Source: an uncultured Ignavibacteriales bacterium (lineage in GTDB: Bacteria > Bacteroidota > Ignavibacteria > Ignavibacteriales > Ignavibacteriaceae). Taken from it: DNA of 64,000 bases. The stretch is taken from the NCBI GenBank assembly GCA_903843135.1, contig CAIMOS010000126.1, forward strand, positions 17,201-81,200, written 5' to 3'. Positions 57,594 to 64,000 of this stretch are shown here, in pieces (position 1 is the first letter of the stretch; each line of letters opens with the position of its first letter). The notes under the pieces are model-generated. The model saw only the letters and a list, made by a program, of their open reading frames with translations, was not told the DNA's origin and made no database searches. The position numbers were made by a program, and so were the translations under genes.

Positions 57594-60500
57594 CTATTTC
57601 AGATACCGGTCCAGTACACTAAGGAACAATTCAACGTTAAGCGGTTTTGTCAGATATTCCTCCGCGCCGGCTTTCAGCATCTTCTCGGACTGTGCGGGCG
57701 TTGCGTCCGCGGTTATAATTACGACAGGGATGCTGCTGGTTTCATCCGCCTCCCGGAGCTGCTCCATAACTTCGGAGCCGTGAAGATCGGGAAGGTTCAG
57801 ATCAAGGAGGATCAGGTCCGGTTTGTGCTGCCGGGCAATCTCTATAGACTGCTTTCCGTACATATTTGTTATAAGTTTTACGGCCGGCCGGGAGTTGAAG
57901 AGGATCTGTTCAACAAGTTCGATGTTGGAAATATTATCCTCGATGTAAAGGACAGTGCCTCCCTTCGTCTTTGTTTTCCGGATTTCACCGGTAAGTTCAC
58001 CCGACTGTGTGACGCGGTCAAGTTCCCTTTGTCCCGGAGGAAGTTCTATCCAGAAAGTTGTGCCGGTGCCCTTAACGCTCTCAACGCCGATTCTGCCCCC
58101 CATAAGATCGACAAGTTTCTTTGTTACTGCAAGCCCAAGGCCCGTGCCTTCCGTCGCGGTTTTTTCCGCGCCAATTCTTTCGAAAGGTGTGAATAATTTA
58201 GGCAGGTCGTCAGCCGGTATCCCGGATCCGGTATCGGTCACTGAGATTCTGACCGGGGCAACGCCGTTCTCGTTCACAGGCATTTCAGCGATCTTAATTT
58301 GCACTGATCCGGTCTCTACATTGTATTTAATAGCATTGTTCAGGAGGTTAAGAATTACCTGTTTCAGCCTCTGTCTGTCGGATCTTACATAGATACCGGA
58401 CGGAGGCGCATCGAGCAACTGTATCTTAATATTTCTTTCCCTTGCCAGAGGCGCAACGGTATCGGTCATCTCACCGATAATGCCTGTAGCTTCAACAGGC
58501 TCGAGCGAAATGGAGATCTTGCCCGCTTCAATTCTGGTAATATCAAGCACTTCGTTAATAAGTTCAAGAAGGTGGGTCCCGCTCCTTAAGATGTGCCCCA
58601 CGCCTTTTTTCTGTCCCGGATTCAGGACGCCCATCTCGAGAAGCTGGGCGAAACCAAGGATCGAATTCATAGGCGTTCTGAGTTCGTGGCTCATACGGGA
58701 AAGAAATTCACTCTTCGCCATATTTGCTTTTTCTGCTTCGTTCCTTGCCGCCAGGATCTGGTCCTCATATCTCTTGCGTTCGGTCATATCGCGCGAGATC
58801 CCGAAGAGCGCCGGTTTGGCGTCCCACTCGCCGAGAATGACGCGGGTTTCAACGGGAATAAGTTCTCCGTCTTTAGTACAAAGGGGTACAGGGCAGTAGG
58901 CGGCCCTTCCGGCAAGCATCTCGCCGACAATGAATCCCGCTTCATCGCGCCTTTCAGGCGGGTGGACCCCCAATAAGTGCATTTGCCGGAGTTCCTCTTC
59001 CGTGAAGCCGAGCCTCTTCTTAACAACCGGGTTAGTGGTAACAATCTTTCCTTCAGCGTCAAGGATGAAGAGGAAGTCATCGATTGTATTGAAAAGCAAC
59101 TGGAAGTTCTGTTTGCTGGCAAACAGTTCGTTCTTGGCATAAATTCTCGATATGGCAAGGCCGATCTGCTGCGCGATCACTTCGATCGGGCCGTGGATCC
59201 TTTCCGGAAATTCGGGGCTTGTCTTCGATGCGATATTCAGTCCCCCGATGACCTTCCCCTCGAACTTAATGGGAATGACTGCCAGGCCCCTTACAGATTC
59301 ACGTTTTTCTTCCGGTGTCTTGTCCGGTGCAAGTTCGCCAAAGCCGCCGTAAACGGGATTTCCGGCAAGCACTAATCTTGCCTGCGGAGAATCCATCGTA
59401 TAGCTGGTGTGGTCCCTGACGAAATCTTCTGACAGGCCTGAGTATGCCGCAAGATCCAGAGTATTGGTTTCGTTATTAAGAAGATAAACGCCTCCGGAAT
59501 CAATATCTTCCAGCTTTTGAGCTGTTTCGATAGAGAGGTATAATGCCTTTCTAAGATCCGAGATTGCGTTAAGTTCAGTAGCGAAATCCCTTTGCATACG
59601 CGTGTATTTTTCAGAGTTTATCCGCTCGGTAATGTCACGCGCCGCCGAATATATCAGATCGCCGGATTTCACGGTGTGCCATTCGATGAACTTGTAACTG
59701 CCGTTTTTCGTTTTGTAACGGTTTACAAAATTTCTGACCGGCAGATCCTGAGAGAGCCGGCCCAGTTCTTCGAAACTCATATTCTGATCATCGGGATGAA
59801 TGAACTCCATAAATTTCTTCGAGGCGATTTCCTCAACCGTATAACCCAGAACCTCTTCCCACGCTTTATTAAGTTTAATCAGATTGCCGTTCATATCGGA
59901 AATTGACATAAGGTCTATGGTGACCGAGAAGAATGTCTCTAATTCCTCTGTTTTGGATTTTAATGCCTCCTCAAAAGCTTTGCGCATCTCAATTTCGCTG
60001 ACAAGTTCAGTGTTCTTATCGGCCAGTTCTTTGGTTCTTTCGTCAATGCGCCGTTCGAGATTTACGTTGAGGTCAGAAATTTCCTGCTCTGCTTTTTTCC
60101 GTTCGCTGATATCCTGCTTAATGGCAAGGTAGTTGGTTACCACTCCTGATGCATTGAACACAGGAGTGATGGAAATGCTCTCCCAGTAAAGCTCGCCGTT
60201 TTTCTTTTTGTTAACCCACTCGTTCTGCCATACCTTACCCGCGCCGATAGTATACCAGAGTTTCTCGTAATCCTCCCGGGGGGTTTGGCCTGATTTAAGG
60301 AGACCGATGTTTTTACCTATCACTTCCGAAGCGGTATACCCTGTTGTTTGGTAGAATGCGGGACTGACGTATTGTATAATAGCATTAAGATCAGTAATTA
60401 CGATTGACACGGGACTCTGCTCAATAGCAATCGTGAGTTTTTTGATTTCGTCCTCCGCCAGTTTTTTTGCGGTAATATCAACTGTTACTCCGCTCACTGA

Positions 60501-63500
60501 AATCAGAACTCCGTCTTTAACAACCGGAATAATATAAGAATCTACCCACTTAAAATTTCCGTCATTCATTCTCATCCGGAATTGTGAAGGCTCCCGCCCG
60601 CCTGACGGGATAGTTCGATTCAGATTTTCAATATAGGCTTCCAGATCCTCGGGATGAACCAATGCCCTCACCTCGTCAAGGGAAAGAGGCGGGAGAGAAG
60701 AATCCATTCCCAACAGGTTGTAAAAATTCTTTGACCAGCTTGATTTGTTATTGATGAAATCATACTCCCAGCTGCCCATACCCGAAATCAGCTGTGCGGC
60801 ATTAAGCCGTTCCTCGCTTTTCCGGATCACCTCCTCAGCCGCCTTCTGCTGAGTGATATCGATGGCGGTTGCCCACATAAACTGCGGATTGTTATCATTG
60901 TCTCTAACGATCATAGCGTTCATAAGGGAAGGGAACTCAGAGCCGTCTTTTCTTCTGCGCCAGATCTCAGCAGCCTGAAATTCACCTTTTTCCTTAAGTA
61001 ACCGGATGAATGACCCGACTACTGTCAATTGTTCGGCTGAATGGAGCGCAGACAGATTCTTCCCCAGTAGCGCGGAAATTTCATAACCGTGCATTTTTGC
61101 GAAGGACTCGTTGCAATACAATAAAGTGCCGTCAAGGTCCGCTATAGCATTACCGTAATTTGCCTTATCGGCAATCATACGGAATTTTTTTACTTCCTCC
61201 TCAGCCTGCTTTATCAGCGTCATATCGAGTGAAGTGGAATAAATAAACCTGGGCGCGTCATTATCGTCTTTAATGATCATAGCATTCATCAGAGTAGGGA
61301 AGGGAGTTCCGTCTTTTTTCGCCTGCCAGATTTCCTGCGCTTCAAATCTGCCTTCCTTAAAGAGCACTTCCAGTACTTCCCCGACCCTGCCGAGCTGTTC
61401 CGTTGTATGGCAAACGGAGAGATGCTTTCCTATTAACTCAGAAATTTTCATTTCGTGCATTTGGGCAAAGTGTTCATTAACATAGAGAAGGTTTCCGTCT
61501 ATATCGGAGATAACATTGCCAATGTTCGCGCGGTCAGAAATAATTCTGAACTTGCGCAGTTCTTCTTCGGCGTTTTTTCTGTCAGTAATATCAATATCCG
61601 CGCCGCGGTAACCGATCAGTTTCTTTTTGTCGTCATAGATCGCGGTTCCGTTTGTAGATACCCAGATAACTCTGCCGTCTTTGCGAAGAACCGGATTATC
61701 AAAATCTTTAAGATCAAGCCCGTTTTGAACTATTTCAAGCCCCTTGGCTTTAAATGCCTCTCTCATTTCTTCAGGGTGGAGGTCATAAAAGTGGAACTTG
61801 CCGGTTAGTTCGTCCGGGCGGTACCCGTAAACCAGTTCGCCTGTATCGCTGACAAAAGTATATAGGCCGTTAATGTCAACTTCCCAAATGACAGTGCGGC
61901 TGTAAGCTGCTACTTCGCTGAAGCGTTTTTCACTCTTCCGGAGCGCTTCCTGTATCTGCATACTCCCGGTGATGTCTTCCTTAACGGCGAGGTAGTGCGC
62001 GGGAATTCCGTCACTATTGAGGATCGGCGATACCGTGGATGATTCCCAATAGAGGGTTCCGTCTTTTTTCCTGTTATGAAAGATACCTCTCCATTCCCTG
62101 CCTTCGGTAATATTGTGCCATAATTTGACATACTCATCAGAAGGGGTATTTCCCGATTGCAGTATCCTTGGATTAACTCTCATCAGTTCTTCAAGAGAAT
62201 AACCGGAAGTGGTCAAAGCAGCGGCATTGGCGTATTCGATCTCTCCGTCGAGATTGGTAATCAAAATACTTACCGGGCTTTGCTCGATCGCGCGGGAAAG
62301 TTTTCTGATTTCTTCCTCTGCCTTTTTCCTTTCGGTGATGTCCTGCCAGGTTGTAAACAGAACCGGTTTTCCCTGGTAATCCATAGTGCTCAGACTTATC
62401 TGAGCGATAAACTCCGTTCCGTCAAAACGCGTGTGGACCCATTCAAAGGTATTCCTTCCCTTTTCCATCGTCTCCGATATAAGTTCCGCCGAATAAACGG
62501 TTGATAATTTCCCGTTTGGCTGATACTCAGGTGAAATTTCATCGGGACTTTTCCCGATGATCTGGGCCCGGCTGCCGCGTATTAATTCCTCAGAGACGCG
62601 GTTGCATTCAAAAAATTTACCTTCGTGAATAAGAAGATATCCGTCCGGCGATTCAAAGAACAGCTTTCTGTAATTTTCTTCACTCTGCCTTATTTTTAAT
62701 TCCGCCTCTTTTCTTTCAGTAACATCAGTCGCGACTTCCATCCTTACAATTTTCCCGTCGGACCAGGGGATCGCGCGGTCGTGAATATCATACCATCTTC
62801 CGTTAACCAGGTTTTGGAATTCCCAGATAACGGGTTCCGCGGGGTGGCCGGCAGCGTTCAAGAGTTTTGGGTTAGTGCAGAACTCGCAGGGGCTGTCCTT
62901 TCCCTGGAGCGCTTTGTAACACATCTGCCCGGTGATATTTTCTCCCCAGGCCTTTTTGCCGTATTCATTCACAAATAACAATTCGTAAGTCTGCATATCA
63001 GATATATAAATAAACGCTTCCATACTGTTCATAATGGCAAGCGAACGCCGGTTGGAATCTTTCAGTTCAACCTCGGCGCGCACACGTTCAGTAATATCGA
63101 TACCCATACACTGGAGGCCGACAGGAACATTATTGCTGTCAGTAAGGCAGACAAACTCCCACAGTGTACTGCGTATCGACCCGTCCGTGGCGGGTTTATC
63201 AAGTTCGACTTTTACTATGGTTCCCGGATTAAGGATGCATTTTTCAACTGCTTCTCTGGTTCTCTGGTGGTGATGGCTGCATATGGATGTCAGGGAATCC
63301 GCGGCTGCTATATCCGAGCGATCAAAGATCCATCCAAATACTTCTTCATATTTCCGGTTCCAGTATGTGTGCCGGCCTTGCAGATCGGTGCGAATTACAA
63401 AACTTGTCTGGGAATTTACCAGGTTCCTCAGTTGTTCTTCATTTTCGCGAAGGTTCTTTTCCGCAAGTTTGCGTTCAGTAATTTCCGTGCTCATTCCGCA

Positions 63501-64000
63501 TAAGCCGGTTTTTTCTCCGTTTGAGTCTATTATCGGGAATTTTATGGTCAGGAAGTATCGCGGCCCTGACGGAGTATTCATTACTTCTTCCATCGTGATC
63601 GGGGCGTCAGATTCCATAGCAAGGCGGTCGTTTTCAATGAACTCTTCCGCGTCAGTGCTTCCAAACAGTTCAGTGTCAGTTCTGCCGAGGGTATTCTCGG
63701 ATGAAAGCCCGGTAATTTTTTCCCACATAGCATTAACGGAGATATACCTGCCGTTGATTGACTTTACATAAATAAGCGAACCGCTGTTTTCAATCAGATC
63801 GGCGAGGAACCTGCGGTTCTCCTCAAGCTGCAGTGCCGCATTCTTACTTTCTGTTATATCTGTAAAGGTTGCAAAAACCTGGTAAGGTTTTTCTTCGCCG
63901 TTCTTGAATTGCGGCTCCGCGCTTACCAGTATCCAGACATACCGGTTATCAACAGGGTGATAAACACCCATAACAACATTCATTACAGGTTCACCCGTCT
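57594..64000 (-). CDS. Giant multi-PAS/GAF hybrid histidine kinase (over 2129 aa), 5'-truncated by the window edge
   Basis: The reading frame stays open upstream of the first Met to position 64000 (…TGEPV-MNVVMG). It has at least 12 PAS-like units, a GAF block, the H-box RMSHELRTPMNSILGF, an HATPase domain and a C-terminal REC. The C-terminal roughly 780 aa are paralogous to 50539..55392. Confidence 0.9.
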   Translation of the reverse strand, partial: TGEPVMNVVMGVYHPVDNRYVWILVSAEPQFKNGEEKPYQVFATFTDITESKNAALQLEENRRFLADLIENSGSLIYVKSINGRYISVNAMWEKITGLSSENTLGRTDTELFGSTDAEEFIENDRLAMESDAPITMEEVMNTPSGPRYFLTIKFPIIDSNGEKTGLCGMSTEITERKLAEKNLRENEEQLRNLVNSQTSFVIRTDLQGRHTYWNRKYEEVFGWIFDRSDIAAADSLTSICSHHHQRTREAVEKCILNPGTIVKVELDKPATDGSIRSTLWEFVCLTDSNNVPVGLQCMGIDITERVRAEVELKDSNRRSLAIMNSMEAFIYISDMQTYELLFVNEYGKKAWGENITGQMCYKALQGKDSPCEFCTNPKLLNAAGHPAEPVIWEFQNLVNGRWYDIHDRAIPWSDGKIVRMEVATDVTERKEAELKIRQSEENYRKLFFESPDGYLLIHEGKFFECNRVSEELIRGSRAQIIGKSPDEISPEYQPNGKLSTVYSAELISETMEKGRNTFEWVHTRFDGTEFIAQISLSTMDYQGKPVLFTTWQDITERKKAEEEIRKLSRAIEQSPVSILITNLDGEIEYANAAALTTSGYSLEELMRVNPRILQSGNTPSDEYVKLWHNITEGREWRGIFHNRKKDGTLYWESSTVSPILNSDGIPAHYLAVKEDITGSMQIQEALRKSEKRFSEVAAYSRTVIWEVDINGLYTFVSDTGELVYGYRPDELTGKFHFYDLHPEEMREAFKAKGLEIVQNGLDLKDFDNPVLRKDGRVIWVSTNGTAIYDDKKKLIGYRGADIDITDRKNAEEELRKFRIISDRANIGNVISDIDGNLLYVNEHFAQMHEMKISELIGKHLSVCHTTEQLGRVGEVLEVLFKEGRFEAQEIWQAKKDGTPFPTLMNAMIIKDDNDAPRFIYSTSLDMTLIKQAEEEVKKFRMIADKANYGNAIADLDGTLLYCNESFAKMHGYEISALLGKNLSALHSAEQLTVVGSFIRLLKEKGEFQAAEIWRRRKDGSEFPSLMNAMIVRDNDNNPQFMWATAIDITQQKAAEEVIRKSEERLNAAQLISGMGSWEYDFINNKSSWSKNFYNLLGMDSSLPPLSLDEVRALVHPEDLEAYIENLNRTIPSGGREPSQFRMRMNDGNFKWVDSYIIPVVKDGVLISVSGVTVDITAKKLAEDEIKKLTIAIEQSPVSIVITDLNAIIQYVSPAFYQTTGYTASEVIGKNIGLLKSGQTPREDYEKLWYTIGAGKVWQNEWVNKKKNGELYWESISITPVFNASGVVTNYLAIKQDISERKKAEQEISDLNVNLERRIDERTKELADKNTELVSEIEMRKAFEEALKSKTEELETFFSVTIDLMSISDMNGNLIKLNKAWEEVLGYTVEEIASKKFMEFIHPDDQNMSFEELGRLSQDLPVRNFVNRYKTKNGSYKFIEWHTVKSGDLIYSAARDITERINSEKYTRMQRDFATELNAISDLRKALYLSIETAQKLEDIDSGGVYLLNNETNTLDLAAYSGLSEDFVRDHTSYTMDSPQARLVLAGNPVYGGFGELAPDKTPEEKRESVRGLAVIPIKFEGKVIGGLNIASKTSPEFPERIHGPIEVIAQQIGLAISRIYAKNELFASKQNFQLLFNTIDDFLFILDAEGKIVTTNPVVKKRLGFTEEELRQMHLLGVHPPERRDEAGFIVGEMLAGRAAYCPVPLCTKDGELIPVETRVILGEWDAKPALFGISRDMTERKRYEDQILAARNEAEKANMAKSEFLSRMSHELRTPMNSILGFAQLLEMGVLNPGQKKGVGHILRSGTHLLELINEVLDITRIEAGKISISLEPVEATGIIGEMTDTVAPLARERNIKIQLLDAPPSGIYVRSDRQRLKQVILNLLNNAIKYNVETGSVQIKIAEMPVNENGVAPVRISVTDTGSGIPADDLPKLFTPFERIGAEKTATEGTGLGLAVTKKLVDLMGGRIGVESVKGTGTTFWIELPPGQRELDRVTQSGELTGEIRKTKTKGGTVLYIEDNISNIELVEQILFNSRPAVKLITNMYGKQSIEIARQHKPDLILLDLNLPDLHGSEVMEQLREADETSSIPVVIITADATPAQSEKMLKAGAEEYLTKPLNVELFLSVLDRYLK

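Noticed and set aside
1-64000. Search for mobile elements, prophage genes, integrases or transposases, and for rRNA or tRNA genes.
   Set aside because: No ORF shows DDE, tyrosine or serine recombinase, phage structural or RT motifs. No rRNA- or tRNA-like sequence was found in the intergenic regions by eye. A covariance-model scan would be needed for certainty.

Overview
The window is a chromosomal segment with no visible mobile-element genes, rRNA, tRNA or CRISPR. The lineage looks like the FCB group, probably Ignavibacteriota-like. This is inferred from six exported proteins ending in the Por/T9SS C-terminal sorting signature (QNYPNPFNPST...VYD.LG...L...Y.Y) and from Shine-Dalgarno-type spacing before many starts.

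Gene content from left to right:
- class II photolyase, an orphan LytTR regulator, and a PIN-domain gene with a small overlapping downstream ORF
- MsrA and a stand-alone cNMP-binding protein
- a four-subunit 2-oxoacid:ferredoxin oxidoreductase operon (delta-alpha-beta-gamma) plus a coupled small Cys-rich ORF
- an AlaX-type editing protein, a GH3 hexosaminidase, an ABC-F ATPase and an M64 peptidase
- several BNR/PKD T9SS cargo proteins
- nine histidine kinases, an unusually dense set of signalling genes

The most interesting region is 29.5-44.8 kb.
- A gene pair (a divergent CYTH-like protein plus a canonical CYTH triphosphate-tunnel enzyme) occurs twice.
- The two copies bracket a PhnD-like binding protein / histidine kinase / sigma-54 activator operon.
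- The second copy heads a tightly packed nine-gene plus-strand operon: CYTH pair, DASS/SLC13 permease, DUF47-PiT, OprO/P phosphate porin, two lamin-tail-domain proteins and a YjiK/SdiA-regulated beta-propeller.
- I read this as a candidate phosphate or condensed-phosphate acquisition system that I do not recognise as described.

The right third (48.8-64 kb) is a tandem duplication of a two-gene signalling module: a giant multi-PAS/GAF hybrid kinase followed by a REC-HK-REC protein. The two copies are separated by a 102-bp direct repeat carrying REP-like GC hairpins. The last kinase gene runs off the window edge.

All calls come from reading the translated ORFs and the DNA by eye. No database search was run.
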